Positions 52,820-62,980 of a stretch of DNA of 64,000 nt are shown piece by piece. Numbering within the stretch: the first letter of the stretch is position 1; every line of letters begins with the position of its first letter. Source of the DNA: a virus. A program made the translations under genes and the position numbers. Below the pieces are notes generated by a model that ran no database searches, was not told where the DNA came from, and saw nothing but the letters and a program-made list of their open reading frames with translations. Location: IMG/VR virus record IMGVR_UViG_3300045988_081755; one strand, 5' to 3'.

Positions 52820-55003
52820 TTATTCCGATTGAATTGTTATGTTATTCAATGACTTTCCAACTCCTTCTTTAACCCCCTGAGAAACATTCTCCCGGATTTT
52901 CTGTAACTGTTCATCGGTAAACTGTATAGCAGGGAATCCACCCTGTTGCCCTGTACCTGAGCCAGCACTTCCTGGAGAGGGAGCTACGATTGTAACAGGT
53001 ATCGGACCCTCGTCTTTGATTGCTTTAACAACCGCAGCGATAGAACCTTTTCCACCAAGAATTTCTTCATATCCATCCTTAATTTTTCGATTCTGTGTTG
53101 CGGCAGTAGATGCGGCAATGTCACCAACCTTACTTCGAGCATCAGCCTCAGAATATTCAGCACCCGTTGAACGACCACGCTGAAATATTTTCTTCGCATC
53201 GTTTCCAGTTGCCTTTTCCAAGTCAATAATATCAGTCATTGACAAATTAGGGAAGATTTGTTTCATCACCTGACGACCCATTTCGCCCCCACCCGTCATC
53301 TTCTGTATTCTTTCGAAGAACTGTTGCTGAAGTTCAGGTTTCTCCGGCATCTGTTCAATCATCGCTTGTAAATCTGATAATTGAGCATCGGGACCAGCAA
53401 CCTCTCTTGCGGTTCTCAAAAGCAACGCTTGGCTGACGTCATCTTGACTTACATTGTTTCCCATTAAAGAGTTCTGTACACGCTCTAATTGGCGACCCTC
53501 CATCCCAGTAGCATTCTGTATGCTTGTCATGGAACGTACAATCCCAGCCGTATTGAGTGAACCTGTTCTGTTAAGAACATTCTCTCCCATGCGATTGAAC
53601 GATTGTAAATACTCCCCAAGTGTCGAAGCGATGTACTGGTCACTCTTTCCGAGTCCCTGTAAGTTGGTGTCAAAAGCCTGTACAACGTTGGCTCCTGTAC
53701 GACCTGAACGGTCAAACCGTGTTGTCGCTAATACAGAAGCAGCATCATCTTCAGATAAGCCTCGAATCTTTCCAGCCATTAACAGTTGATTCACATCATG
53801 AAGGGAAGTGTTCCGTTCATAGACTCCAGCCTTTTGAAGAGTTGTAACCTGAGACAGATAATCTGTCATATTCAAGCCCAACGTCCGTGAAGCCCATGTA
53901 GGAAGCTCATCTTTATCAGTTACCAACCCTGCCTTATCAGCACTTCTTAATTGCTGTCTCTTTTGACCGTATTCCCAATCTTTCCAAGCCTCAGCCTCTT
54001 GTTGCGTTTTTGGAAAGGCAATTGCCGATAAATCAAGTGTTCCTGGTTCCTTTGGTTGTGATTGCTTCTGTCTATACGACCAATCCGTCGCCATCTTATA
54101 ATCATGAAACGTAGTGTTCCCACCCGTAACATAATCAACATTATCACCAAATGAATCAACGAATTGGCTCCCCAACGCTTCACGATAGGAAATGTTATGT
54201 AAAGCAGAATAATCCCCCAACGCTCTATCGTTCTGGGTTGCTGCCATACGTCCGACTTCCTTCTTTTCAGCTTCGGCTCCCGATATGCCGAATGTCAGCA
54301 TATTCAACAACCAATGATTACCCCTGTTATTCCGACGTTGAAATTCGTTTTCCGCACCATACTGTGCAGCCTCATACTTCGCTTGCTGACCCAATATTGT
54401 TCCAATCCCCATAATAAGCGCACCGAAAGGAAGCATTCCCATCAATCCACCCATACTCGTAGGGAGCTTGAACCCTTTTCCAAACATTCCAGCACCACCC
54501 TGTCCGGGAGTCGGAACCTCTGGAGTTGCCGGAGGTGGAGCTTGAGGAGGTTCCCCTCCGCCAGCCGAAGGAAGAACACCATTCGTGTCATCCCGCTGGG
54601 TCTTTTCCATTGTGTCCGCTATCCGGACAACTTCTGACAGTATCTTATCAAGAGTCGTTTGTTGGCGTTCAGTAAGCTGGGTATTTAAAGCACGACCAGA
54701 AGTTCCTGGAGATACAACTCCACCCGAACCACTTAAAGGTCGCCCAGTATAAGGGTCTATAAGGGTCGGTCGTCTTTCGGTCGGGGTATCATTAGGGAAG
54801 CCACCTTGCATTCCCCCTGAGAGAGCGTTTCGCTCCTTTAACAGGTCGATTTGCTTTTGAATGACTCCAACAGTTTGCTCAGCGATGTCCTTGAACGTAC
54901 TTTCCATCTTATTGAAGTCGTTCCACAAGGCTTGAGCGTTTTGCCGGAGCTCCTGAAGAGGTGACGCATCAGCCGATACCCGTATTCTCTTGTCTTCCGC
55001 CAT
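52820..55003 (-). CDS. tail tape measure protein
   Basis: 727 aa, helical and Gly/Gln-rich, with a hydrophobic segment GGLMGMLPFGALIMGIGTILG. Located after the tube and chaperone genes. Confidence 0.68.
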   Translation of the reverse strand: MAEDKRIRVSADASPLQELRQNAQALWNDFNKMESTFKDIAEQTVGVIQKQIDLLKERNALSGGMQGGFPNDTPTERRPTLIDPYTGRPLSGSGGVVSPGTSGRALNTQLTERQQTTLDKILSEVVRIADTMEKTQRDDTNGVLPSAGGGEPPQAPPPATPEVPTPGQGGAGMFGKGFKLPTSMGGLMGMLPFGALIMGIGTILGQQAKYEAAQYGAENEFQRRNNRGNHWLLNMLTFGISGAEAEKKEVGRMAATQNDRALGDYSALHNISYREALGSQFVDSFGDNVDYVTGGNTTFHDYKMATDWSYRQKQSQPKEPGTLDLSAIAFPKTQQEAEAWKDWEYGQKRQQLRSADKAGLVTDKDELPTWASRTLGLNMTDYLSQVTTLQKAGVYERNTSLHDVNQLLMAGKIRGLSEDDAASVLATTRFDRSGRTGANVVQAFDTNLQGLGKSDQYIASTLGEYLQSFNRMGENVLNRTGSLNTAGIVRSMTSIQNATGMEGRQLERVQNSLMGNNVSQDDVSQALLLRTAREVAGPDAQLSDLQAMIEQMPEKPELQQQFFERIQKMTGGGEMGRQVMKQIFPNLSMTDIIDLEKATGNDAKKIFQRGRSTGAEYSEADARSKVGDIAASTAATQNRKIKDGYEEILGGKGSIAAVVKAIKDEGPIPVTIVAPSPGSAGSGTGQQGGFPAIQFTDEQLQKIRENVSQGVKEGVGKSLNNITIQSE

Positions 55004-55310
55004 TTTGTTCTAATTTAAGCATTTCTTCAATTTCTCTTTCAGCCTCAGTAGAGAAGTCCTCAATCGTAGTCGAAGCCTTAAAGATGTCCCCAATTCCGGG
55101 AATATACTTATCCTCATCTTTCCCACGTTCAGTCTGAAACTCTTTTAAATACAGCTTGTCTTCTTCGAATTCCATTAGCTGGTATAAAAAAGAAGATTCC
55201 CGATGAGCAGGGGACATAAATGAAACATTATGCTTTATTCGCCACCACCTGTCCAACGGGAATCTATTGTTCCAGCTGACAACACCCTGTATCAGCTCGG
55301 AATGTTTCAT
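54969..55310 (-). CDS. tail assembly chaperone candidate (second ORF)
   Basis: 113 aa, between the first chaperone-like ORF and the tape measure gene. Confidence 0.35.
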   Translation of the reverse strand: MKHSELIQGVVSWNNRFPLDRWWRIKHNVSFMSPAHRESSFLYQLMEFEEDKLYLKEFQTERGKDEDKYIPGIGDIFKASTTIEDFSTEAEREIEEMLKLEQNGGRQENTGIG

Positions 55311-55311
55311 A

Positions 55312-55680
55312 TTACTCCTCCTTCTTTACGTCATCACTTTCATCACCTTTCAGGAGGTCAGTAATTTCTTTAAAGAACGGAGCAACCGTCTTGAAGTATT
55401 CATCGCGGATAAGTTTGTAGTCCCTGACGTCAAGTTCCGAAAAGTTTTTCACTTTCATATCCTCTATCAATTTCGGACACAAAACAGCAATCGCTGCTTC
55501 AATATCAATCATGTCAAGAGCATGCTGAGCCATAGCTGAAGGACTCATGACCATTGAGTTATAGAACCCTCTGGACAGGTTTTGCTTCATTGCTTCAATC
55601 TGATAGAACTGACCCACATTAGGGAACTTCACTGGGTAACTGTGCCCCTTGATTTCAATTGTTACTTCATCTTTTATCAT
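55312..55680 (-). CDS. tail assembly chaperone candidate
   Basis: 122 aa with an acidic C-terminus (GDESDDVKKEE), directly after the tube gene. Confidence 0.4.
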   Translation of the reverse strand: MIKDEVTIEIKGHSYPVKFPNVGQFYQIEAMKQNLSRGFYNSMVMSPSAMAQHALDMIDIEAAIAVLCPKLIEDMKVKNFSELDVRDYKLIRDEYFKTVAPFFKEITDLLKGDESDDVKKEE

Positions 55681-55702
55681 AATCTTCTTTTATTTAAAGC
55701 AA

Positions 55703-55719
55703 GGCAGGATTATCCTGCC
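55703..55719 (-). terminator. hairpin overlapping the tube gene stop codon (attenuator or terminator candidate)
   Basis: GGCAGGA-TAA-TCCTGCC on the minus strand, followed by TTGCTTTAAATAAAAG. Confidence 0.4.
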
Positions 55720-56198
55720 ATGCTGATTGGTTCAAGATAAATACCACTGATGTCGGTTCCTGCAAGTCCAGCCTCCTGGATGCTGAATGACTGAGTATTC
55801 AGTAAACAGCCTTGCAAGCGAGCAATGGTTTCACCCGTGTTATCAACTTCGGTAACAAGTTTCGTCGCTGCGTCTTCGCTTGATACCGTTTTCGCATACA
55901 CCGTAATGTCAAAAGCAATGTCCCCCAATACGAGGCTATTCTTTATCTCCGCTATGCTTCCGAACTTCTTGAGCATCTTCTTCATAATCGGAGTATTGAA
56001 TGAAATGAAGTATTGTGATACACTCCATTGACAAGTGTACGCCACAGGGGGTGCTTCCTGATAAGTCAGGCTTCCCAACCCCTGAACGTTGGCACGCTGT
56101 ACGTTTTCCGAGAATGTCAGGTTGCGGACGTATCCTGCAACCTCGTTATCTATTTTGATAAACGCTTTCGGTGCTGTAAAAACTCTTCCTCTTGCCAT
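55710..56198 (-). CDS. tail tube protein
   Basis: 162 aa, immediately downstream of the sheath gene. Confidence 0.6.
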   Translation of the reverse strand: MARGRVFTAPKAFIKIDNEVAGYVRNLTFSENVQRANVQGLGSLTYQEAPPVAYTCQWSVSQYFISFNTPIMKKMLKKFGSIAEIKNSLVLGDIAFDITVYAKTVSSEDAATKLVTEVDNTGETIARLQGCLLNTQSFSIQEAGLAGTDISGIYLEPISMAG

Positions 56199-56210
56199 AT
56201 CTTTTTAATT

Positions 56211-57869
56211 TTAGTTTTTCAACAAGAATCCGGTGAAGAAAATCTTAGTGATTTCACTGTTCACCACCACCTCATAGGTGACATCGTAATAGTCCTCAAC
56301 TCGAGTCGCAACAACGTTCTGGAACCGCTGAATCAAGTTGTCTTGATTTTCAGTCGCAACACGTGATTGCAAGAAGTTAATTGTCCAAGTCTCAAGAGCT
56401 CCCTTTGACAAAGTATTCAGGTTCACACCGTTTTCATCGCCCAACAGGTCAATCTCAGCATTCACGACACACTCTTTGTTCAACTGTGCAAGCACACGCA
56501 TGAACTGAATAGAGAAGGACAATCCCTTCTTATTGAAGAGCGTCTTGTTATCCTGAAGAGTTGTAACACCCTGAAGAACCACGAACCTCATCAAGTAAGG
56601 ATTCGGATAAACAACAACCAAACCAGCCTTGACAGCTTTCTCCATTTCCTTTTCGTCAGGAATGTGCTGAAGTTTGTCGCCACCGATTGTTTTGTTTGTT
56701 ACCGGAATATAAGGTGGTTTGCCACTCACACGACCGATTACTTGGCACAGGTTATAGAATACACCCCACCAACGTACTTTAGACGCTACCATGTCGCTTG
56801 CAGTGCCAATACCACCGTGAACACAAACCACGTATGCATTGTTGAACTGTCTTGCCATAGCAAGCGAGTCATTGAACTTCAACTTGCTGTCGTACGCACC
56901 GACATACACAAATTTGTCGAACTTCGCTTGAGTGTTGCGGTGAGCGATAACCTTGTTATTCGTAGCACCAGCACCCGAAGCACCGATTTGGTCTGTGAAT
57001 ACGATATTATACTCAACATCAGTGATTTGAGCTAACAGGTCGTCGAGGTCAGTCGGCTTATACTGTTCAGTCGCTCCAGTAGCTACTTGCCATCCTTCAT
57101 TGTCAGCAATGTCAGAAGCATCTACTGAACCGTCACCTGTGATTTTGCTTGAATCATCAAGAATGAATCTTGACCCAAAGTTCTCATCGGTTTGGCACCA
57201 CTGAATAACCTGAGCCAACGTAGTACATTCCGGAGTCTGACAAATCAGATACGGGTCAGCCTGTTCAACTGTCAATTCATCGTAGGAAAGTTCAACCCCT
57301 GTAATCGGGTCTTTATAAAGACCTGTAAAGGTTCCTCTCCAGAATTTCATAATGAACGCATTCGGGTCTTCCGTTCCGGCTTCAATTGTCCACGCATAAC
57401 CTGTTTTCAGGAAATCGCCTTCAACCTCGCCATTTGCATTCAATCCTTCGTCGATAGTTTTCACTACCAGCGTACCACCTTTCGAACCACCACCAGTCGG
57501 GGTGAACGTCATAGTTGCGGGAGTTGTCGTACAGGCACGAGCATACAGTAACTTACTGATACCAACCGCATCCGCATTATACGGGTCGGGAGTAAACAGA
57601 GCCTCTGCGCATTTCCAGAACATTCCGCCTTTCACGAAGTCACGAAAATCTGATAATGTCTCGAACTCATAGACAGCGTCCTTTCCTTGCTTGTCGGTGC
57701 CATTAACACCTGAACCTCCACCGAAGCCAGCACCATAAACACCCGTGTCAATCAAGAGCACGGTTCCATAGTCCAAATTTCGGGAAGCACTACTCTCTCC
57801 GGAAGTTATCGTTGAATATACTCCGGGAAGAGTTCTCAATTTTCCATTGAAATAAACGCTTGTTGCCAT
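56211..57869 (-). CDS. contractile tail sheath protein
   Basis: 552 aa. N-terminal LPGVY motif typical of sheath proteins. Gene order sheath-tube-chaperones-TMP. Confidence 0.72.
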   Translation of the reverse strand: MATSVYFNGKLRTLPGVYSTITSGESSASRNLDYGTVLLIDTGVYGAGFGGGSGVNGTDKQGKDAVYEFETLSDFRDFVKGGMFWKCAEALFTPDPYNADAVGISKLLYARACTTTPATMTFTPTGGGSKGGTLVVKTIDEGLNANGEVEGDFLKTGYAWTIEAGTEDPNAFIMKFWRGTFTGLYKDPITGVELSYDELTVEQADPYLICQTPECTTLAQVIQWCQTDENFGSRFILDDSSKITGDGSVDASDIADNEGWQVATGATEQYKPTDLDDLLAQITDVEYNIVFTDQIGASGAGATNNKVIAHRNTQAKFDKFVYVGAYDSKLKFNDSLAMARQFNNAYVVCVHGGIGTASDMVASKVRWWGVFYNLCQVIGRVSGKPPYIPVTNKTIGGDKLQHIPDEKEMEKAVKAGLVVVYPNPYLMRFVVLQGVTTLQDNKTLFNKKGLSFSIQFMRVLAQLNKECVVNAEIDLLGDENGVNLNTLSKGALETWTINFLQSRVATENQDNLIQRFQNVVATRVEDYYDVTYEVVVNSEITKIFFTGFLLKN

Positions 57870-57959
57870 ATTATCTTTATTAAAAGTTTACTAACTTATT
57901 TCGGAATAAAGGTATAAAAATTTTCCAAAACATCAATAACCACAAATCTTTTTGAGGAA

Positions 57960-57983
57960 GGGCAAGAGCCGAAGCTCCTGCCC
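57960..57983 (-). terminator. GC-rich hairpin with a UUCG loop after the giant repeat-protein gene
   Basis: Minus strand reads GGGCAGGAGC-TTCG-GCTCTTGCCC (one G-T pair), followed by TTCCTCAAAAAGATTT. The U-tract is poor. Confidence 0.45.
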
Positions 57984-57990
57984 AAACTCA

Positions 57991-60900
57991 TTAAGAAATT
58001 TTCCAGCTCGTATTCGTCGTTATCTTGAACGTTTGTGAACCACCCGTTGCGCCATAAGACAGGCTCGTTGGAGTGACTTCAAGATACAGAATCTTCGCTA
58101 CCAGTGTTCTCGCACCTGTTACCGTGAACTGATAGGAGAGACTTGTGCTCACCCGTGTGCTGCCCTCGTACCATCCGTCAAACACGTCAGCACTATTGGT
58201 CTTGGTACATACAACCGTTGCCGAAGCACCATAGTTATAAGACCCACCGCCAGATACTGAACCACGTCCCGCAGCCGAACTGTCAAGACTGACAGATATT
58301 GTATAGGAACGAGTTGTTCTATTTCCTCGAGCCTCAACCGTAACATTTCCAGTAATAGTTCCTGGAGAATAAGTTACAGAGGTGGACACTCTGGTTGAAC
58401 CATTGTACCATCCGTCGAAGCTATAAGAATATTGAGCAGTAGTTGCCGGAAGCGATGCAGTAGAACCAGCAGCCGTACCACCATAAGAAACCGACTCGCT
58501 TGCACGACTCACAGAGGCAATATACGCATTCTTATTATAGGTGACAGTATAACTTCTCAGGCTTCTCGTTCCCTTCGCAGTGTACGTTGCATTAGCTGTT
58601 ACACCAGTCGGAGCATAAGTTGCTGAAGATGTTATCTTAGTCGCTCCGTTATACCAACCATCAACCCCATAGGAGTATTGAGCAGTCGTAGCGGAAACAG
58701 TCATCGTTGAACCAGTAGCGTTGGCTCCGTGAGCAACACGTTCTGAAGTTCTACTCAGACTTGCGACATAATCACCAGCCGAATAAGTTATCGTATAATA
58801 TTTCTTCGTGAAGCGAGCATATACGGTCATCGAGGCTGTTACACCTGAAATCGCATACGATGCTGAACTACTCAACAAAGAACCACCTGATGCACCAGCA
58901 GAATACCAACCATCAAACTGATAACCAGCAGCAGCCGAAGCCGTGACAGTTATACTTCCTCCGTGATTTACACTTCCACCACCTGAAACTGTTCCACCCG
59001 TTGTTCCGGCTGTATAGTTTCCTGTGCCGTCTGTATTACGATAATACGCTGACGGGGAGACTGTATATGAGTTAATGGTCGCTTTCGCTGTAAGAGACAA
59101 ATTAGACTTAACAGCCGTCGGAGCATACGTCAATGATGTTGAAACTCTGGTTGCGCCATTGTACCAACCGTCAAATGTATATCCCGCAGTGACTGTGGCT
59201 GTACAGCCAGTCGCATTAGCTCCCCAACTTACAACTTCAGAAGTCTTACTGATTGTGGCGATACCTGTTCCCTTGACATAAGTCACGGTATAAGTGTTCG
59301 TCGTATATTCAGCCGTATAAGTTGCATTCGCTGTAACAGTAATCTCACGAGAAGCAGTTGTTACACCATCAGACCACTTAGAGAATGTCTTTCCTTCTAT
59401 CGTAGAAGCTGTCAGAGTAACCTTTGTTCCATAATCATAAGTTCCCCCACCAGAACCATTGTTCACGGTAATTGTGTACTTATTGACTGTGGCTGTTCCT
59501 CTGGCTTCGAAAGTTCTCGCAGCCGTAATGTTCGCAACGCTCAACGCAAGAGCCGTACCAACCTGAGTGCTTCCTTCGTACCATCCCGCAAACGTGTATG
59601 TATATTGGGCAGTATTAGCAGGAAGAGTCGCTGTACAGGTCGCAGTTCCACCGTAATTTACGGATTCACTCGTCTTACTGATAGAAGCGATATTCGCATT
59701 CTTTGTATAAGATACTGTATAGACGTTAATTGTCGCAGACGCTGTCAATGTACAGTTAGACTGAATTGCTGATAGAGTTGCCTTACCAGCTGAAACTGTC
59801 AATGTACCTGTTCCAGAAGTCTTCGTCCAAGTCGGAGTATTGTAACCAGTAGAAGCAACCGCAGTATCTGAAGTCACTGAACCATTATACGCTACTCGCT
59901 CAGTCGTCTTCGTCAGAGCATTTACACCTGTTCCCCTCACATAAGTCACAGTAAACCAATTCTTTTGGAATCGAGCATAAACTGTTACCGCAGCCGTCAC
60001 ACTTGCTATCTCATAAGTCGCGGACGTGCTGATTTGTGTACCACCAGCGTCGTACCAACCTTGGAATGTATAACCTGCCTTCGCAGCAGCCGTTAAAGTC
60101 GCTTTAGAGCCATAGTTATATGTTCCCGAGCCTGTTACCGTACCGCCATTCGTTCCGCTCGTAAACGAGCCAGTAGAATCCGTATCACGGTATTGAGCCG
60201 TTCCTGTGATTGCAAATGTTTTCAACACTCCCTTAGCAGTGAGCGTCATGTTTCCAGTAACGTTGGTTGGTCCATAAGTAAGAGCCGTGCTGACACGAGT
60301 ATCACCGTTGTACCATCCATCGAAATTGTAACCTGTCACCAATGCCGCAGTAGAACCCTTCGCATTTGAACCGTGTTCAACTGTTTCACTCGCTGGAGTA
60401 ACCGAAGCAATTCCTGTGCCTTTCGCATACGTGATAACATAGGTATTGATTCCGAACGATGCAGCATAAGTTTCATTTGCCGTAACATTCGTGACGGTCA
60501 ATTTAGCTGTCTTGGTTCCATCACTCCATCCACTGAACGTGTATCCTGTCGAAGCGGTTGCAGTTGAAGATGCTTCGCCACCATACTGTACTCGAGCCGA
60601 TGTCGGCGATACTGAACCACCTGTTCCGGCTGTGAATGTTACTGTAAACCATTGACGCTGGAACCGTGCTGTCAAGCTGCGAGCTCCTGTTGCGGTGAAT
60701 GTATAGGAAGCGGAATCCGAAACTTTCGAATCGCCCTCATACCACCCAGCGAAACTGTACCCAGTTGCCGGAGTTGCTTTCGCAGTGACTGATGTTCCGT
60801 GATTGAAAGTTCCTCCTCCGGAAACAGTACCACCCGTCGTCCCTGATGTAAAGTCGCCCGATTCAGCCACACGAAATTGAGCAGCCAAATTGATAGCATA

Positions 60901-61875
60901 GCTCTTAATCGTGAACACCGCTTGAATCGTGCGGTTCTTAGTAATCTCCCATCCAGGATACGGGTTCGTCGTTGATTCAACCCCCTCTTCATCAACCCAT
61001 TTCGTAAAGTTGTAACCAGTAGCAGGGGTTGCAGTTGATTTAATGCTCGAACCATAGTCATAAGTTCCTCCTCCGGATACCGTTCCCGCACCTGTCGGGG
61101 TAATGGTAAACGCAAGAGAATACCTGTTAAGCGTTCGAGAACCAATTGCTGTGAATGTTCTGTTTGCTGTTATATTTGCCACGCTCAATGACAACGACGA
61201 AGAAATCTTCGTGTCGCCCTCATACCATCCTAAGAATGAATATGAGTATTGAGCCGTATTCGCGAGCAGTGTTGCAACCGCAGTTGCGGTATTTCCCCAA
61301 TTAATCTTCTCGGAAGTCTTATTAATCGTATTGATATAATCTCCTTTCGAATAGGTAACAGTCCAAGTCGAAGTTGCTTGAGTAACTGTTACCGTCCCAA
61401 CGACAGAAGCGATTGAACCCGTAACAGTTATCTTCCCTGTACGTCTTCCAACCGTGTTCTTAGGAATGGGGATTTGGGCACTGAATATAAACTCATCAAC
61501 GGCTCCTGGGTCATCAGGAATTGATGTCCCATTCACCGTCAATAAGCCATTCGCAGTATAATTAGCAGGCAAAACAATAGGGATATCATTCCCCGAACCA
61601 AGAGCGAAAGTAATCTTCGGTGAGTTGCTCTTTCCAGAAACAGTTATCGTCGAAGCTCCTTCGCCTACCTCAAATGAAGTCTTGTCCAAAGTAATGTATT
61701 CAGCAGTTGGCTCTTGCTTAACTTGGTAAGATTTTGCCGCTTCAATTCCTTTGACCACAGCCGTAACAACTGTCTGACGTTCAAGACGACCTTTATGTAT
61801 CGTGCCTGAATTGGTCAGAGTAGCGTCACCCTCTCCGGTCATTGGATTAACGGTCAACCAAGAATCTTTCGCCAT
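57991..61875 (-). CDS. giant virion-surface repeat protein (BACON-half termini plus ~14 InlB B-repeats)
   Basis: 1294 aa. N-terminus MAKDSWLTVNPMTGEGDATLT. 14 occurrences of the (Y)xF.GW(Y).G motif, about 70-80 aa apart. C-terminus LEVTPTSLSYGATGGSQTFKITTNTSWKIS. Confidence 0.8.
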   Translation of the reverse strand: MAKDSWLTVNPMTGEGDATLTNSGTIHKGRLERQTVVTAVVKGIEAAKSYQVKQEPTAEYITLDKTSFEVGEGASTITVSGKSNSPKITFALGSGNDIPIVLPANYTANGLLTVNGTSIPDDPGAVDEFIFSAQIPIPKNTVGRRTGKITVTGSIASVVGTVTVTQATSTWTVTYSKGDYINTINKTSEKINWGNTATAVATLLANTAQYSYSFLGWYEGDTKISSSLSLSVANITANRTFTAIGSRTLNRYSLAFTITPTGAGTVSGGGTYDYGSSIKSTATPATGYNFTKWVDEEGVESTTNPYPGWEITKNRTIQAVFTIKSYAINLAAQFRVAESGDFTSGTTGGTVSGGGTFNHGTSVTAKATPATGYSFAGWYEGDSKVSDSASYTFTATGARSLTARFQRQWFTVTFTAGTGGSVSPTSARVQYGGEASSTATASTGYTFSGWSDGTKTAKLTVTNVTANETYAASFGINTYVITYAKGTGIASVTPASETVEHGSNAKGSTAALVTGYNFDGWYNGDTRVSTALTYGPTNVTGNMTLTAKGVLKTFAITGTAQYRDTDSTGSFTSGTNGGTVTGSGTYNYGSKATLTAAAKAGYTFQGWYDAGGTQISTSATYEIASVTAAVTVYARFQKNWFTVTYVRGTGVNALTKTTERVAYNGSVTSDTAVASTGYNTPTWTKTSGTGTLTVSAGKATLSAIQSNCTLTASATINVYTVSYTKNANIASISKTSESVNYGGTATCTATLPANTAQYTYTFAGWYEGSTQVGTALALSVANITAARTFEARGTATVNKYTITVNNGSGGGTYDYGTKVTLTASTIEGKTFSKWSDGVTTASREITVTANATYTAEYTTNTYTVTYVKGTGIATISKTSEVVSWGANATGCTATVTAGYTFDGWYNGATRVSTSLTYAPTAVKSNLSLTAKATINSYTVSPSAYYRNTDGTGNYTAGTTGGTVSGGGSVNHGGSITVTASAAAGYQFDGWYSAGASGGSLLSSSASYAISGVTASMTVYARFTKKYYTITYSAGDYVASLSRTSERVAHGANATGSTMTVSATTAQYSYGVDGWYNGATKITSSATYAPTGVTANATYTAKGTRSLRSYTVTYNKNAYIASVSRASESVSYGGTAAGSTASLPATTAQYSYSFDGWYNGSTRVSTSVTYSPGTITGNVTVEARGNRTTRSYTISVSLDSSAAGRGSVSGGGSYNYGASATVVCTKTNSADVFDGWYEGSTRVSTSLSYQFTVTGARTLVAKILYLEVTPTSLSYGATGGSQTFKITTNTSWKIS
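58090..61383 (-). repeat. tandem array of ~14 divergent InlB B-repeat (Listeria-Bacteroides repeat) coding units
   Basis: Periodic motif ..TGY.F.GWY.G...VS....Y......N.T..A.. counted by eye in the translation. Boundaries are approximate. Confidence 0.7.
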
Positions 61876-61901
61876 ACCCTAATTTGTTTTTAAAATTGTT
61901 T

Positions 61902-62438
61902 CTAACTGACAGTCCAGTTCACATTGGTTGAAACTTGGAATGTCTTACTTCCACCAGCGGCATCGTAGTCCAAAGATGTAGGTGTGACATCAAGATAGAA
62001 TATCTTAGCGACAAGGCTCACGGCTTCAGTGGCTGTGAACGTATATGTCGCACTCGAACTCACCTTGGTGGCTCCCTTATACCATCCATCGAATACGTCA
62101 CCACTCTTCGTCAGATTACATTTTGCAGTCACCTGACTTCCAGCACTTACCTCCGCAGACGCAGTAGCACCAGCAGCACCACCGTTCAACTGAACCGTAC
62201 CACGACTCGTAACGTCTGAATTGATTGACAGAGCAACTTGGAATGTACCCTGTGCAATGTCCTTCAACATTACATAATCGTTATTGCCGTAGGAAGCCAA
62301 CGCATCAGCGTCAAACTTTCCTGTCGCAACAAGTTCTTTCTTGCGGACGTAATTATTAGCAGGAACACCTATTACGTCGGGAGTTATCCCAACGGTGTCC
62401 GCTGCCTGTTTTGATGTCGCATACGGATTATTTGCCAT
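61902..62438 (-). CDS. small paralogue of the repeat protein (one InlB B-repeat plus a BACON first half at the C-terminus)
   Basis: SGDVFDGWYKGATKVSSSATYTFTATEAVSLVAKIFYLDVTPTSLDYDAAGGSKTFQVSTNVNWTVS closely parallels the C-terminus of the 1294-aa protein. Confidence 0.65.
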   Translation of the reverse strand: MANNPYATSKQAADTVGITPDVIGVPANNYVRKKELVATGKFDADALASYGNNDYVMLKDIAQGTFQVALSINSDVTSRGTVQLNGGAAGATASAEVSAGSQVTAKCNLTKSGDVFDGWYKGATKVSSSATYTFTATEAVSLVAKIFYLDVTPTSLDYDAAGGSKTFQVSTNVNWTVS

Positions 62439-62440
62439 AA

Positions 62441-62692
62441 TTAAGTAGTTTTTCCGGCACTTGCCTGACAGTCCACAAACTTCGTGAAAGCGATATTTCC
62501 AGAAACAGTATTGATTTTATCAACGATTTGTTGCCCCGTCAATTTGCTCATAATACCAGCCCCAGTCAGCTTATCAAGAATATTCTTCTCCGTCAATCCA
62601 TCAAGAATAGAAGACGGATTCTGTTGCTGATTCTGAACTATTGTCAGTAACTCATCAACTTTTGCTCCTGTGAATTTCGATTTATACGCCAT
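62441..62692 (-). CDS. hypothetical protein
   Basis: 83-aa ORF in the structural string. Confidence 0.4.
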   Translation of the reverse strand: MAYKSKFTGAKVDELLTIVQNQQQNPSSILDGLTEKNILDKLTGAGIMSKLTGQQIVDKINTVSGNIAFTKFVDCQASAGKTT

Positions 62693-62711
62693 AATCTTAT
62701 TTATTATTGGT

Positions 62712-62969
62712 TTATTCTTTTAACACCCCAAAATCGCTTCCAGTTGAATCCTGGAACCCCTCATCACTATCAGCAGGAATGAACGGCTCACGGAGACCCA
62801 ATTGAGTGATTGTAAACGATGATTCCAAAGGGATTGTTCCTTCGGTGATTTTACCTGTAACGGTCATCGTTCTGTCGAACCCCTCATTCGTTTCAACAGC
62901 AAGCGGGACAGCAGCCGACATTGCTGTCGGCTGTGCCACTTTCTTTGCCTTTTTCAACCGTTTTCCCAT
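62712..62969 (-). CDS. hypothetical protein
   Basis: 85-aa ORF in the structural string. Confidence 0.4.
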   Translation of the reverse strand: MGKRLKKAKKVAQPTAMSAAVPLAVETNEGFDRTMTVTGKITEGTIPLESSFTITQLGLREPFIPADSDEGFQDSTGSDFGVLKE

Positions 62970-62980
62970 ATTCTAATAGA

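Noticed and set aside
54969-55680. Programmed -1 frameshift between the two tail-chaperone ORFs, analogous to gpG/gpGT.
   Set aside because: The second ORF is in the +1 frame relative to the first. It is open for only 5 codons upstream of its own ATG, and it starts 1 nt after the first ORF's TAA. I see no slippery heptamer in the overlap, so separate initiation is the simpler reading.
58090-61383. Regular ~210-240-nt periodicity that could suggest a CRISPR array or a satellite repeat.
   Set aside because: The periodicity is that of protein-coding InlB B-repeats inside one uninterrupted 1294-codon ORF. The units are divergent at the DNA level, and there is no short identical repeat/spacer structure.
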